Under the pieces are notes generated by a model. The model ran no database searches. It saw only the letters and a program-made list of their open reading frames with translations, and was not told where the DNA came from. Position numbers and translations under genes: made by a program. Shown in pieces: positions 1 to 10,913 of a stretch of DNA of 64,000 bases (position 1 is its first letter; every line of letters starts with the position of its first letter). Origin of the DNA: Opitutia bacterium (GTDB lineage Bacteria > Verrucomicrobiota > Verrucomicrobiia > Opitutales > Opitutaceae); NCBI GenBank assembly GCA_947478395.1, contig CANJVR010000001.1, forward strand, positions 863,754-927,753, read 5' to 3'.

Positions 1-774
1 GTAACGCGTCGCCTCGAAAGTGGCGAGCGAGCCATTGCTGAAACGCGCGAGAAACGCCGACGCGTCGTCGATCAGCACTTTCTGCTTTTTGCCGCTGAGC
101 GCGTGCTTGCGCTCCTTCACGAAGGTCTCGGTCATCGCCGTCACCGAGTCGATCCCGCCATTGAGCCAGAGCGCCGTATCGATGCAGTGCGCGAGCAAAT
201 CGCCCGTGACGCCGCTGCCGGCGACCGATGCGTCGAGCCGCCACGTGCCCGCGCCGCCTTGGGGAACGTCCGCGTTAATTGTCCAGTCCTGCAAAAACTT
301 TGCGCGGTAATGAAAAATTTTTCCGAGCCGGCCGGCGTCGATCAGTTCCTTCGCGAGCGTGACGGCGGGAATGCGGCGGTAGTTGTACCAGACCATGTTG
401 GCCACCTTCGCCTTTTCGACGGCCGCGACCATCTTCACGGCCTCGGCGGGATTCATCGCAAGCGGCTTCTCGCAGAGAATCATTTTCCCCGCTTTCGCCG
501 CCGCGATGGCGATTTCAGCGTGGACGTTGTTCGGCGCCGCGATGTCGATGAGATCGATATCGTCGCGGGCGATCAGTTCCTTCCAGTCGGACGTTGTGGA
601 TTCGTAGCCCCACGTGTCGGCAAACGCCTTGGTCTTCGCCGCGTCGCGCCCACAGGCGGCCTTGAGCACAAGCTTTCGATCGAGCGGAAAAAAATTCCCG
701 ACCTTGCGAAACGCATTGGAGTGCGCCCGGCCCATAAAGCCGTAACCTATGACGCCGATGTTGAGGGGTTTCAT
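1..774 (-). CDS. Gfo/Idh/MocA family NAD(P)-dependent oxidoreductase (3' end outside the window)
   Basis: Not in the ORF track; translated by hand from the ATG at 774: [21 protein letters not shown]...ILCEKPLA...WYNYRRIPA...DLLAHCID. It has the Rossmann GxGxxG, EKP and DxxxH motifs, and the frame is open to position 1. Confidence 0.92.
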   Translation of the reverse strand, partial: MKPLNIGVIGYGFMGRAHSNAFRKVGNFFPLDRKLVLKAACGRDAAKTKAFADTWGYESTTSDWKELIARDDIDLIDIAAPNNVHAEIAIAAAKAGKMILCEKPLAMNPAEAVKMVAAVEKAKVANMVWYNYRRIPAVTLAKELIDAGRLGKIFHYRAKFLQDWTINADVPQGGAGTWRLDASVAGSGVTGDLLAHCIDTALWLNGGIDSVTAMTETFVKERKHALSGKKQKVLIDDASAFLARFSNGSLATFEATRY

Positions 775-793
775 TTAGGGGAAAAACGGAATG

Positions 794-885
794 AAGCGCG
801 AAGACGCAAAGGCCTGAAGTTCGGAAGGAAGGTAAGAGAGGTTTGAACTTTGCTCAGGCCTTCGCGCCTTTGCGTCTTTGCGCTT
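794..885. repeat. Intergenic inverted repeat (26-nt arms with a CGCAAAGACGCAAAG-type core)
   Basis: AAGCGCGAAGACGCAAAGGCCTGAAG (794-819) matches the reverse complement of 860-885 with 3 mismatches. Confidence 0.75.
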
Positions 886-897
886 AGGTTTGAAAAC

Positions 898-1935
898 TCA
901 GCCGACCCAGCCGTGGAGGTTGCGGACCTCGATCATCGCCGCGAGGACGTCGTTCCAAGTTTGCTGCCGAAGCATCGTTGCATTTGTGAACATGCAACCG
1001 TCCCAGCAAATGTGCTTCATCTTTTTCGTCACGGTGCCACGCGCATCGCGCAGCCAGTAAGCGGAGTCGCGCGGAATATTCAGTTTCCCGCGGGGATCGG
1101 TGACGACGCAATGCCGGCCGGTTTTCTCGTGCGAGCCGGAGCCGAAGACCGTGCCGTCGTTCTGGGCGACGTGAAAATCGATCGTCCACGGGCGGAGCGC
1201 ATCCGTCAGTTTCTTCATCGCGGCATGAAATGCCGCGGGCTCGTAATGATATTTTTTCGGGACCAGCCGGTGCTCGGGCGCGTTTTCTCCGAGCGTGTAA
1301 AGATGCGTGTGCGACATGTCGGCCTGGAAGCCAACCACCCGCGGCATCCCGACTTCTTCGAGGAGATTCAGCATGTTTTTCCACGACTGCATCCCGCCCC
1401 AGCAAATTTCGCCCTCGGCCGCGAGACGCTCGCCATGGCCCTTCGCGATGCGACCGGCCTCACGGAAGGTCTGCGCGATCAGTTTGGTGTTCGCTTTTGG
1501 GTTTTTATCCCAGTCGACCACGCTGGCCGCGGAGTCGATGCGGACAATCCCGTAGGGTCGCACACCGAGCTTGCGCAGTTGCTGCGCGATCCGGCACGCC
1601 TTGCGCACGTGGGTCAGCCAGTTGGCGCGCTTGGTCTCGTCGCCCATCGCCGACGCGTCGAACCACACGGGCGCGACGACCGAGCCAACAGTGAGACCGC
1701 GGCCCGCAATCTTCGCGGCGAGGGCTTTGATGCCGTCATCGGAAATATCGATGTCCGTGTGCGGTTTGTAGAGGAAGAGATCGACCCCGTCGAATTTCAC
1801 CCCACCGACCTCGGCGCGCGTGGTGAGATCGAGCATCGTGTCGAGCTCGATGCAGGGTTCGGCTCCCGGACTTCCTTTGCCGACGAGTCCGGGCCACATG
1901 GCGTTGTGCAGTTTGGGGAAGTTGTTCGCAGGCAT
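898..1935 (-). CDS. Xylose isomerase-like TIM-barrel sugar phosphate isomerase/epimerase
   Basis: 345-aa ORF with [24 protein letters not shown] and DFHVAQND metal-site motifs typical of the AP_endonuc_2 fold; co-oriented with the Gfo/Idh/MocA gene. Confidence 0.85.
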   Translation of the reverse strand: MPANNFPKLHNAMWPGLVGKGSPGAEPCIELDTMLDLTTRAEVGGVKFDGVDLFLYKPHTDIDISDDGIKALAAKIAGRGLTVGSVVAPVWFDASAMGDETKRANWLTHVRKACRIAQQLRKLGVRPYGIVRIDSAASVVDWDKNPKANTKLIAQTFREAGRIAKGHGERLAAEGEICWGGMQSWKNMLNLLEEVGMPRVVGFQADMSHTHLYTLGENAPEHRLVPKKYHYEPAAFHAAMKKLTDALRPWTIDFHVAQNDGTVFGSGSHEKTGRHCVVTDPRGKLNIPRDSAYWLRDARGTVTKKMKHICWDGCMFTNATMLRQQTWNDVLAAMIEVRNLHGWVG

Positions 1936-2038
1936 ATGGGGGAAAGAAATCAGGGCTTAACCAGCGAGGCACAGAGAGGACGGCGAAGGCATCGTTGAAG
2001 AACGATCTGCGGGCCGTCTGTACTTTGGCATTTACGAC

Positions 2039-3310
2039 TCAAAATTTGTTTTTGCGATAAGCGCCCATCGCCGGCGCATCGGGGTGAACTTCGGGGCCAA
2101 AGTACCGCAGGACGACGAGCGGCTCGACCGCGCTCGTGTTTTCAAACGTGACGCCCGCCTTGGCGGCATCCTCGGTGCAGAACACTTCGTCCTCGGTGAT
2201 TTCGTGGAAGCGAATGAGCTTCGGGCAATCCAGCGCGAGCCGGTTCATGCGGCCCTTGCCTTGGACCGTGATGAGGCCGTAGGCCCCGCCATCGCGGATC
2301 GTACATTTCGCGCCGGGCTCGACCGTCAGCTCCTTCGCCGTGAACAACTGTTCGCCTTTCACTTTGCCGTAAACGATCCAGCGATCGACGTAGCCCTCGC
2401 TGCGGGTGTCGGCGACGGGGACCGGCTCGAGGTAGTGGTTGTCCTTGAAATTCGGATCGGTGTTTTCGTCCCAGTCGAGCTGGTCGACGATGAAGTCCAG
2501 ATCCTGGTGTTTCTTCTTCGGCATGTCTTTTACGAGGAGCGCCCATGGCACTTCGCGGCCCTCGACGAGGGATTGGTACATGCCGAAGACATCGGAGCCC
2601 CACTGCGGCTCGTACGTGCAGAGCGAGCCCGGCGCGTGCAATACGCAGGGCGGGATGAGCCAGCCCGTGCCAGGCTTGAGCCGATAGGCGCGCGACAGAT
2701 CGAGAATGCCGTTGTCGCCCTGATTCCAGCGCTCGAGGCAGCGGCGCACCTGGGCTTTGGTCGTGCCGGGCTCGAGGCCCATGAACGTGTAGGGGAAATT
2801 ATTCCCGACGTTATTATGCTGCGGCGGGAAATAGTACGACTCGGGTTTTCCTTCCTGGCCCACGAGCTTCGCCTGCGCGGCGGACTGGTGCATGTGATGC
2901 GGGATCGGGCCCATGTTATCAAAGAACTTCGAGTAAACGGGCCACTTCCGATATTTTTTCCAGATCGACGCACCGATCAGACCCGCGCCGCATTCGGCGA
3001 CAGCCTGCGCGAGCGTGAAGCGTTTTCCGCCGACGATTACATAACTGAGGCCCTCGTCGGGCGTGCGGTTGTCATTGGCCGCGGGCGTAGTGGAGGCGAA
3101 CCAACGTTCATCGATCCCGCCGCGATTGAGCCCGAAGGCGTACAGGTCGTCGGGATGAAGTTTCAGCCGCTTGCCCGGCTGGAGAAAGGAGCGCGGCACC
3201 CAGCAGGGCGCGAGGCGCAGCAGGCCGCCGTTATCGGCGAGCGCGCCTTCGACGAGGCTGCGCACGTTGGAGCGAATGGTTTTGAGATCGACGACAGAAG
3301 ACGAAGGCAT
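2039..3310 (-). CDS. Cupin-fold protein, class I mannose-6-phosphate isomerase-like
   Basis: Motifs ERWF, KFFDNMGPIPHHMHQ, GKPESYYF, PPCVLHAPG and YEPQWGSD parallel the PMI metal motifs. Start placed at the ATG at 3310 (MPSSSVVDLK). Confidence 0.7.
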   Translation of the reverse strand: MPSSSVVDLKTIRSNVRSLVEGALADNGGLLRLAPCWVPRSFLQPGKRLKLHPDDLYAFGLNRGGIDERWFASTTPAANDNRTPDEGLSYVIVGGKRFTLAQAVAECGAGLIGASIWKKYRKWPVYSKFFDNMGPIPHHMHQSAAQAKLVGQEGKPESYYFPPQHNNVGNNFPYTFMGLEPGTTKAQVRRCLERWNQGDNGILDLSRAYRLKPGTGWLIPPCVLHAPGSLCTYEPQWGSDVFGMYQSLVEGREVPWALLVKDMPKKKHQDLDFIVDQLDWDENTDPNFKDNHYLEPVPVADTRSEGYVDRWIVYGKVKGEQLFTAKELTVEPGAKCTIRDGGAYGLITVQGKGRMNRLALDCPKLIRFHEITEDEVFCTEDAAKAGVTFENTSAVEPLVVLRYFGPEVHPDAPAMGAYRKNKF

Positions 3311-3557
3311 GGGGAACGAAAAAATTGCGGCCGACCGCACCTCGCCGAGAAGCCGGGGTATGCGAGGGACGGGGAAATAAAGCCCCACTGAAATCGATGA
3401 GGGCAAGGGCCAAAATTCACTAATTTCCAGGCCAGTCTAGGAATGACTTGGCGTGACCAAGCAGCCAACCAACCGCGCAGGGCCCAGCGGTAATTCACTT
3501 TCCGCGTCGACGTACGCGAAACCGCGGATTCTGCTTCCGGACCCGTTCCCCTGCCCC

Positions 3558-4628
3558 ATGAAAATTGTCTGCCGATATCTGCTCCCGCTGCTGGTCGTTT
3601 CCCTTTCGGTCTTCGCTCAAGCCCCTGCCCCATCGGTTCCGCCGACTCCGGCCGGCGCACCAGCTGCTCCCGCTGCCGCCGGGGCGCGTCGAGGTCAGCG
3701 GACACCGTCCAATCCCAAGAATGACGCGCTCTACAAACTCGGGCCCGACTCGAAGCCGATGGACGGCGTGCCGAAGGGCAAATTCAGCGAAGCCAAGCAC
3801 ATTGAGTCGCAGGTTTTTCCCGGCACGCAGCACACGTATTACGTCTACGTCCCGGCGCAGTACGATCCATCGAAGCCCGCGGCGTTGATGATCTTCAACG
3901 ACGGTCAGGCTATGATGAAGGAGCCCGGCAGCGTCATGGGGCACAACGTCCTAGATAACCTGATTTATCGCCGCGAAATTCCCGTGATGATCGGCGTGTT
4001 CATCAATCCCGGCCGGCGGCCCGATCAGCCCGAACCGCCTGAGCCCGGCGGCGGCTGGGGCGATGCCACCACCAATCGTCCGACGGAATACAACACGCCC
4101 GACGACAAGTACGCGCGCGTCATGGTCGAGGAACTGATGCCCGCGCTAAAAAAGGAATATAACCTTTCACCCGATCCGGAACTGCACGGCATCATGGGCG
4201 CGAGTTCCGGCGGCATCGCGGCGTTCAGCACCGCGTGGTTTCGTCCGAACGATTTCCGCAAGGTCATCACGATCGTCGGCAGCTTCGTCGATCTTCGCGG
4301 CGGCTACGTTTTCCCCGAGTTCGTGGCGGAAAGCGAAAAGAAGCCGATCCGGATTTTCATGCAGGACGGGCGCAACGATAACCGGAATCTCACCGACCCG
4401 AAGCGCGACTGGTTTTTTCAAAATGTCCGCCTAATGCGGGCGCTCACCGCGAAAGGTTACGAGGTGAACTACACGTGGGGATTGAACAACCACGGCCAGA
4501 GCCAGGGCGGCGTGATTTTTCCGGAAATGATGCGCTGGCTGTGGCGCGATCTGCCGGTGTCGACGGATCCCAACGATATGGTCGAGCGGGCGTTGTTGGA
4601 GCCAGCCCCCGCGGCGGCCAAGCCGTAG
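3558..4628 (+). CDS. Secreted Fes/enterochelin esterase-like alpha/beta hydrolase
   Basis: Signal peptide [36 protein letters not shown] and the nucleophile elbow GASSGG; catalytic His region NNHGQ. Confidence 0.85.
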   Translation: MKIVCRYLLPLLVVSLSVFAQAPAPSVPPTPAGAPAAPAAAGARRGQRTPSNPKNDALYKLGPDSKPMDGVPKGKFSEAKHIESQVFPGTQHTYYVYVPAQYDPSKPAALMIFNDGQAMMKEPGSVMGHNVLDNLIYRREIPVMIGVFINPGRRPDQPEPPEPGGGWGDATTNRPTEYNTPDDKYARVMVEELMPALKKEYNLSPDPELHGIMGASSGGIAAFSTAWFRPNDFRKVITIVGSFVDLRGGYVFPEFVAESEKKPIRIFMQDGRNDNRNLTDPKRDWFFQNVRLMRALTAKGYEVNYTWGLNNHGQSQGGVIFPEMMRWLWRDLPVSTDPNDMVERALLEPAPAAAKP

Positions 4629-4658
4629 ACTTGCGGATCGTGGTCTGCAGCCCCGCCC

Positions 4659-4767
4659 TAGAGCGGTTTAAGTTTTTCCGCGGCCGTTTTGGGTAGCGCA
4701 GGCGTCTCTGCCTGCCGGGTTCGCGTCCTCGTTTCGGCAGGCAGGGACGCCTGCCGCTACGTCGTTA
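4659..4767. repeat. MITE/REPIN-like element, copy 1 (one end missing)
   Basis: Begins TAGAGCGGTTTAAGTTTTTCCG and contains two inverted GTAG-type palindromes (GTAGCGCAGGCGTCTCTGCCTGCCG / CGGCAGGCAGGGACGCCTGCCGCTAC). It is a reverse-complement match to 20124-20258. Confidence 0.8.
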
Positions 4768-4809
4768 GCAGCTGTGCATCTTAGACCGCGCTGATCGCGG
4801 CGCCGCCGC

Positions 4810-6255
4810 TCAAGCCAGGATTTCGCTGAGGCCTTCGGTCGTGCCGCTGAAGTTTTCCTGCCGGACACCCATCGAATCCATCATCGTCATGAACAGACGA
4901 TTCATCGGCGTACCGGTCGGATACGCGAGGTGACGCCCGGTCTTGAGACGCCCACCGCCGTGGCCAAACACCACCGTCGGCAGATTCGAGTGCGCGTGCG
5001 TGTTACCTTCGCTGATACCACTGCCATAGATCACCATTGAGTGATCAAGCAGCGAGCCGTCGCCATCGGGCGTGTTTTTCAACTTGTCGATGAAGTAGGT
5101 AAACAGCTTCGCGTGGTAGCAGTTGATCTGCGTCACCTTTTCGATGAACACCGGATTGTTGCGGTGATGCGTCAGCGGGTGATGTGAATCCGGCACGCCG
5201 ATTTCCGGATAGGTGCGCAAGCTGCCCTCGCGACCGATCATCAGCGTCATCACGCGCGTGAGATCGCCCTGCCAGGCCATAACCTGCAAATCGAACATCA
5301 GTTTAAGGTGATCGGCGAACTGCACGGGAATGCCCGCGGGCTTGTCGATGTCAGGCGCCGCCTGCGACTGCTCGCGCTCGGCGGCCTGGATGCGCTTCTC
5401 GATTTCGCGCACGCCGTAGAGATACTCGTCGACCTTGCGTTTGTCCGCCGCGCCCAGCGTGCCCATGAGCCCACGCGCGCGTTCGCCGACGACGTCGAGG
5501 ATGCTGTTGCGATACTGCGCACGGCGCAGACGAACCTGCGGGTCCATCGCGAAATCTTCCGTACCGAAGAGGCGTTCGAAGACCATGCGCGGATTCGTCT
5601 CGGGCGGGAGCGGCGAACTCGGGTTCCGCCAGCAGATCGTGTTGTTGTAAACGCAGCTGTAACCGCCATCGCAGTTGCCCACCGAGCGCGTGTCGTCGCA
5701 GCTCAACTCCAAGGACGGCAAGCGGGTCTTGCCACTCATGGCCGCGGCGACGATCTGATCGACCGACGTCCCCGACTGCACATCCATGCCGATCGTTTTC
5801 TTCGGCTTAACGCCCGTAAGATAAAGCGAGCCGGCCGTCGCGTGTCCGCCCGGATTGCCGGGGATCAACGGCGCATCTTCCCCGGCTTTCCCGGCCGCGG
5901 GTTTCGCGGGAGGCGGCACTGCGATGACCGCATCCGGGTCGGCATCGCGCGGCGGGCGGGGGATTTCATGACCGAGGCCCGAGAGCACCATCAGGTCTTT
6001 GCGGTACGCTTCAAACGGTTTGAGAATGCGGGTAAACTCAAACGACTCGCCCTGGGTCGCGGGGAGCCACGAATCCATCGTCACGCCGTTCGGAATATAC
6101 GCGAAGGCCAGGCGGTTCGGCGCCTTGACCGCCGCGACCTGCGCGCCCCGGGCCATCGCGGGCAACATCGCATCGAGCATCGGCAGGGCCAAGGCGGCGC
6201 CGACTCCCTTCAAAAAGGTGCGACGCTCCAGGTGTTTTTTGGTGATGACGTTCAT
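4810..6255 (-). CDS. DUF1552 (HXXSHH) domain protein, Tat-exported
   Basis: ERRTFLKG twin-arginine signal; PNG, SVDQ, NPRMVFERLFG, SILD, HHPLTHH and DGSLLDHS...GNTH motifs. Confidence 0.92.
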   Translation of the reverse strand: MNVITKKHLERRTFLKGVGAALALPMLDAMLPAMARGAQVAAVKAPNRLAFAYIPNGVTMDSWLPATQGESFEFTRILKPFEAYRKDLMVLSGLGHEIPRPPRDADPDAVIAVPPPAKPAAGKAGEDAPLIPGNPGGHATAGSLYLTGVKPKKTIGMDVQSGTSVDQIVAAAMSGKTRLPSLELSCDDTRSVGNCDGGYSCVYNNTICWRNPSSPLPPETNPRMVFERLFGTEDFAMDPQVRLRRAQYRNSILDVVGERARGLMGTLGAADKRKVDEYLYGVREIEKRIQAAEREQSQAAPDIDKPAGIPVQFADHLKLMFDLQVMAWQGDLTRVMTLMIGREGSLRTYPEIGVPDSHHPLTHHRNNPVFIEKVTQINCYHAKLFTYFIDKLKNTPDGDGSLLDHSMVIYGSGISEGNTHAHSNLPTVVFGHGGGRLKTGRHLAYPTGTPMNRLFMTMMDSMGVRQENFSGTTEGLSEILA

Positions 6256-8945
6256 GATTTTTCCTTCGTGCGATTTTGAAACGGCAGACTGTTGACGATC
6301 TCGATGACCAGCGCCGAAAAGCGGTAGTCGTTTTTTTCCACCCGGTTCGTGACTTCCTTCAACGTCGGCCGGTCATACGACTCGAGTCCGCGGCCCAGGG
6401 CGTAGGTGAGCATTTTATCGGCGAGACACGTGGCGAAATCCCGGCGGTCCGCTTTCAGAATATCCCGCAACTCAGCCGGCCCGCTGAATGAGCGTCCATC
6501 GGGCAACTTCCCGGAAGCGTCGATCGCCAGCTTGCCGTCCTGCGTACGCCACGCGCCGATCGCGTTGAAATTTTCCAAACCGACACCGAGCGGATCCATG
6601 CGCACGTGGCAGCTCGCGCACACCGGATTCTTGCGGTGCATCGAGAGCTGGTCGCGCAGCGAGGCCTCGGGGTTATTCTTCATCGTGGCCTCGAGCGCCG
6701 GGACGTTGTCCGGCGGGGCCGGCGGCGGCGCGTTGAGGATGTTTTCGAGAATCCATTTGCCACGCAGCACCGGAGACGTGCGCGTCGCGTAAGAGGAAAC
6801 GGTCAGCACGCTCGCTTGCGTGATCACACCACCGCGCGGGGTGCCGGTGAGATCAACCTTGCGAAACTCGGTCCCCTTCACGCCCGGGATACCGTAGAAA
6901 CCGGCGAGCCGCTCGTTGAGGAAGGAATAGTTCGCATCGATAAATTCCAAAATGCTCCGGTCGTCGCGTACGATATGATCGAAGAACATTTCCGTTTCCT
7001 GCAGCATCGACATCCGCAGATACGCATCGAAGTCGGGAAACTGGTTAAAGTCCGGCGTCACCGATTCCATCTTTCGAATTTGCAGCCACTGGCCGGCAAA
7101 GTTTTGGGCCAGCGCCATCGACTTCGGATCCTGCAGCATCCGCCGAACCTGCTTTTCGAGGAGCTCCGGCTTCCCGAGTTGCCGGCCATCGGCGGCGGCC
7201 AGCAGCTCGTCATCGGGCATCGAGCTCCAGAGGAAATACGAGAGCCGCGTTGCCAGCTCATGCTGATTGATCGGAGTTTCCGCGCGACCGGCGGGTGGAT
7301 CGCGCTCGATCCGATAAAGAAAATCCGGCGAGACGAGCACCGCCTGCAGCGCCACAACCAGGCCCTCCTCGAAGGAGTCGCCGGCTTTGCGCACCATGTC
7401 GTACAGGCCGACATATTTTTGAATTTCCTCGGGCAAGACCGCCCGGCGGAAAGCGCGGTGCACAAAACGCGTAATGACCTCGTTCGCCGCGCCCGGAGAG
7501 GTGCGATTGAAATTCTTAGCCCCAAAGATTTTCGCCACGCTCTCGGCGCTCGCGCCCTGCGTCTGTTTGTACGGTCCGACGATATCGACGTAATCGATGC
7601 CGATCTGCGCATCGATCGGGGCGAGGCCGTTACCCCGGCCACCGCCACCGCGTCCTCCCCGTCCGCCGCGTCGGCCCGCGCCGGCAGCATTCGGTTGACC
7701 GGCCGCCGCGGGGTCGGCTGCGGCCACGGCGTCACCGGCGAGCGCGGGGGCCGGAGCAGCAGGCGCGGGCGCGGGCGTGGCCGGAGCCGCCGGGAGCTCA
7801 ACTACCGCCACCGGAGCGGCCGCGGCCCCAGCCGGAGCTTGCTGCGCGACGGCGGGCACAGGAACGACGCCGGGGCCTTCCACGGGTTGAGGGGGCGGAT
7901 TACGTTTAGAGGGATTCAGGCCTTTGTAGATCGGCGGCAGACCTTCAAACATCCGCAGCACCGTAGCCGCGACCCAGTGATCGCCCGCGGGAACAAACAT
8001 CCGGTATTCCTGCGGCTTGCCGAACAAATCCTGGCGGCCGCCAAGCAAAGAAGGGCCGTCTTCCTTGGGATCGACCTGAAGCTCGGTCACGAGTTTGCCG
8101 TCGAGCCACAAGCCCAGCTCCAGCGGATTGGAGCCAAGCGGACGAAAGCCGCGCGACGTAACGCGGAAAAGATATTCGCCATCGACCGGGAAACGATGAA
8201 CCGCATGCAACGAGCGATCGTTGTTGAGGCCAGTCACATCATAATCCTTGGGGATCTCGGTGCGGTTGAGAACATCGCGCTCGACCTGTTCGAGTTTCTT
8301 CGTCGCCGGATGCAAAACCTCCGGGCCATAAATCGCGGTGCGCGCGGCCCGCTCGGCCGCGATCATGTATTTCTCCATCAGCACGGGCGACATCGTGAGC
8401 GAGTCCGCGATGTTATCGAAGCCGTGCGACGCGTCATCCTGCGGAAAATCGTCGGCCGGCCACAGCTTGATGCCGAGCAAATCCTGAATGGTGTTGTTAT
8501 ACTCAACGCGGTTCAGCCGGCGGGCCGTCACGCGCCCGGCGAGCGGTTGAATGGCGTCGTCCGCGCGGACGAACTCACCGCGAATCCACGCGACGGCCGC
8601 GCGACGCTCCTCGGTCGTCGGCATGGGGACTCCTCCTGGCGGAATGGATTTTGCCGGCAGATCGGTCGGGGGCATTTCCCCGGTCTCGATCATCTCCATG
8701 AAATGTTTCCAGTCCTCCCGGTGTTCGCTGAGCGAGGCCAGGCTGCTGTACGACGCGAGATTTACATCCCCCAATTGCCGGTCGGGGCCGTGACAGACGT
8801 AGCAGTTTTTGCTCAGGAAAGGTTTGAGCTGGTTGTTGAAGGCCGCCTCGGCCGCAGCGTTGGCCTGCGCGGGCATGGCGGGGACAAACACAACACTGAA
8901 AACCGCAGCGGCAATCGCCGCGAGCCTGGGGTCTAGGCTATGCAT
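6252..8945 (-). CDS. DUF1592/DUF1588 family di-heme cytochrome c protein (PSCyt1-PSD2-PSD5-PSD4-PSCyt3-PSD3 type)
   Basis: CYVCH; RRLNRVEYNNTIQDL; LATRLSYFLWSSMPD; TSPVLRGKWILENIL; CASCH; LTYALGR. Overlaps the DUF1552 gene by 4 nt. Confidence 0.92.
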   Translation of the reverse strand: MHSLDPRLAAIAAAVFSVVFVPAMPAQANAAAEAAFNNQLKPFLSKNCYVCHGPDRQLGDVNLASYSSLASLSEHREDWKHFMEMIETGEMPPTDLPAKSIPPGGVPMPTTEERRAAVAWIRGEFVRADDAIQPLAGRVTARRLNRVEYNNTIQDLLGIKLWPADDFPQDDASHGFDNIADSLTMSPVLMEKYMIAAERAARTAIYGPEVLHPATKKLEQVERDVLNRTEIPKDYDVTGLNNDRSLHAVHRFPVDGEYLFRVTSRGFRPLGSNPLELGLWLDGKLVTELQVDPKEDGPSLLGGRQDLFGKPQEYRMFVPAGDHWVAATVLRMFEGLPPIYKGLNPSKRNPPPQPVEGPGVVPVPAVAQQAPAGAAAAPVAVVELPAAPATPAPAPAAPAPALAGDAVAAADPAAAGQPNAAGAGRRGGRGGRGGGGRGNGLAPIDAQIGIDYVDIVGPYKQTQGASAESVAKIFGAKNFNRTSPGAANEVITRFVHRAFRRAVLPEEIQKYVGLYDMVRKAGDSFEEGLVVALQAVLVSPDFLYRIERDPPAGRAETPINQHELATRLSYFLWSSMPDDELLAAADGRQLGKPELLEKQVRRMLQDPKSMALAQNFAGQWLQIRKMESVTPDFNQFPDFDAYLRMSMLQETEMFFDHIVRDDRSILEFIDANYSFLNERLAGFYGIPGVKGTEFRKVDLTGTPRGGVITQASVLTVSSYATRTSPVLRGKWILENILNAPPPAPPDNVPALEATMKNNPEASLRDQLSMHRKNPVCASCHVRMDPLGVGLENFNAIGAWRTQDGKLAIDASGKLPDGRSFSGPAELRDILKADRRDFATCLADKMLTYALGRGLESYDRPTLKEVTNRVEKNDYRFSALVIEIVNSLPFQNRTKEKS

Positions 8946-9133
8946 ATAAGAGTAAGAGAATCGATTTCGAGCGGGGCGGCGAACGAGAACCTAACCTATT
9001 TTTCCGACCGTCCGGGATTCAAGGATCAAGACGGACGGACCGTAAGAACGGCGGGCGTCGGCCTGAGTGGGTTTCGGGCGTGAGACGCAGCCAAGACGAC
9101 GCGTCGGGCTTGTTCACGCTCCGCAATCGGTGC

Positions 9134-10636
9134 CTACGGGGACGCCTCGGCCGGACGCAACTGCAGGACTTCGTCCGTCCGCCCGGAATGCAGAAGGTGC
9201 TCCGCCGCCGCGGAAGGTTGCCCGAGATCAAGGTCGAACCCGGGGAGCATTGCTTTCATTCGGGCATATCCTTCGGGCTCACGAAGTTTTTGCGGAAAAC
9301 AGGTCTGAATAATCTGCAGCGCGATATGGGCCGAGACCGACGCGCCGGGCGACGCGCCGAGCAACGCCGCCAGCGTGCCATCAGGTGCGCTCACCACTTC
9401 GGTGCCGAAATACAGTCGGCCGGCGTCGGCTGACTTCAGCGCCTGCACGCGAATGCCGGCCTCGACGAGACGCCAGTCCGCCGCGCGCGCCTCGGGGTAA
9501 AATTCCCGGAGGGCACGCACGCGGGAATCCATGCCTTGCAACGCCTGTTGCACGAGGAAGCGCACCAGCACGCGGTTGCGTGCGCCCGTGCGAATCAGCG
9601 TGGCAAGATTGTCGGGGCGAAACGACAAAGGCAGATCGGTGAAGTGCCCGGTGCCGTGGAGGAATTTTGTCGTCCAGGTGGCGAAGGGGCCGAAGAGCAG
9701 GACGCGTTTCCCGTGGAGGTGGCGAACGTCGAGGTGCGGCCCACCGAGCGCTCCGGAATCGCGCGGCGGCGGACCGTAGGCTTTCGCGAAGTGACGCGCC
9801 ACGACGTCCGGATTTTCGCAGACGAGCCACTGCCCTGCGATTGGAAAGGCCGCGAGCCCGCGGGCGACCGATAGTCCCGTGGATTGCAGCAACGGAATCG
9901 TGCCGCCACCACCGCCAATGAAAACGAAACGCGCGCGGACCGGCCGCGAATCGCCCGACTCGGTGTGACGCACCGTGAGTTCCCACCCTTCGCCCGCGCG
10001 GTGCAGGCGGGTGACGCGGTGACCGGTGAAAACGCTACAGTCGTCCTGCGCGCCGAGCCACCCGATCAGCTGGCGCGACAGTTCACCGAAGTTCACGTCG
10101 GTGCCGGCGTCGACCTTTGTGGCCGCGATGGGTTCGGCGTCGCGACCTTCAACGAGCAGCGGAGCCCAGCGACGAAGCACGTCACGCTCCGCGGTGAACT
10201 CCATCGAGCGAAAAAACGGATGCGCGGCCAGAGCCGCCTGGCGCGCACGCAGAAAAGCGATGCGGTCGCCCCCACGGACAAAGCTCAAATGCGGAACCGC
10301 GCGGATCCAATCGGCGGGACGCGCGACGAGTCCATGCGCCACTGCGTAGCTCCAAAACTGGCGCGACTGCTCGAAGCGGGCGAAGATATCGACGGCTTTG
10401 GTGACATCGACCGGCGCCCCGGCGACGGCGGGCGGCGGCGTGTAGTTGAGTTCGCAGAGGCCCGCGTGGCCGGTGCCCGCGTTGTTCCAGCCATCGGAGC
10501 TTTCGCGAGCGAGATCGGGCGCCGCTTCATAGACGTGGATCGCCAGACGGGGATCGAGCCGCTTGAGCATCGCACCGAGATGCGCGGACATAACCCCGCC
10601 GCCGATGAGAACGACGTCGGGAGCGGGAGAAGCCAT
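9134..10636 (-). CDS. mqo: Malate:quinone oxidoreductase
   Basis: DVVLIGGGVMSA FAD motif, ESSDGWNNAGTGHAGLCELNYT, PHLD, FGPFA and LLGASPGAS. Start placed at the ATG at 10636. Confidence 0.93.
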   Translation of the reverse strand: MASPAPDVVLIGGGVMSAHLGAMLKRLDPRLAIHVYEAAPDLARESSDGWNNAGTGHAGLCELNYTPPPAVAGAPVDVTKAVDIFARFEQSRQFWSYAVAHGLVARPADWIRAVPHLSFVRGGDRIAFLRARQAALAAHPFFRSMEFTAERDVLRRWAPLLVEGRDAEPIAATKVDAGTDVNFGELSRQLIGWLGAQDDCSVFTGHRVTRLHRAGEGWELTVRHTESGDSRPVRARFVFIGGGGGTIPLLQSTGLSVARGLAAFPIAGQWLVCENPDVVARHFAKAYGPPPRDSGALGGPHLDVRHLHGKRVLLFGPFATWTTKFLHGTGHFTDLPLSFRPDNLATLIRTGARNRVLVRFLVQQALQGMDSRVRALREFYPEARAADWRLVEAGIRVQALKSADAGRLYFGTEVVSAPDGTLAALLGASPGASVSAHIALQIIQTCFPQKLREPEGYARMKAMLPGFDLDLGQPSAAAEHLLHSGRTDEVLQLRPAEASP

Positions 10637-10913
10637 AGCGAGCGCGGAAGCGATGCCCGCAGCGCGCAGGCGATCAAGACCCGATTTAGGGCGGAGATTC
10701 GAAAGCGCGACGAACGCGAAAGGGTGACAACGACCACCGCCTACACCTGCCCCGGCAGGGAGTGGCGGGGCGCCACTGCAATCCGGGCCGGACCATCCGG
10801 ATTGCAGCCGCTCGCGCGCGGCCGGAAAAGCATACCCCCTCCACCGTCGACTGATCTGTTGGGCCGTCTGCCGCGCTGGCGGCGCCGGCAATTTTCACCC
10901 CGCTGTTACTCCC

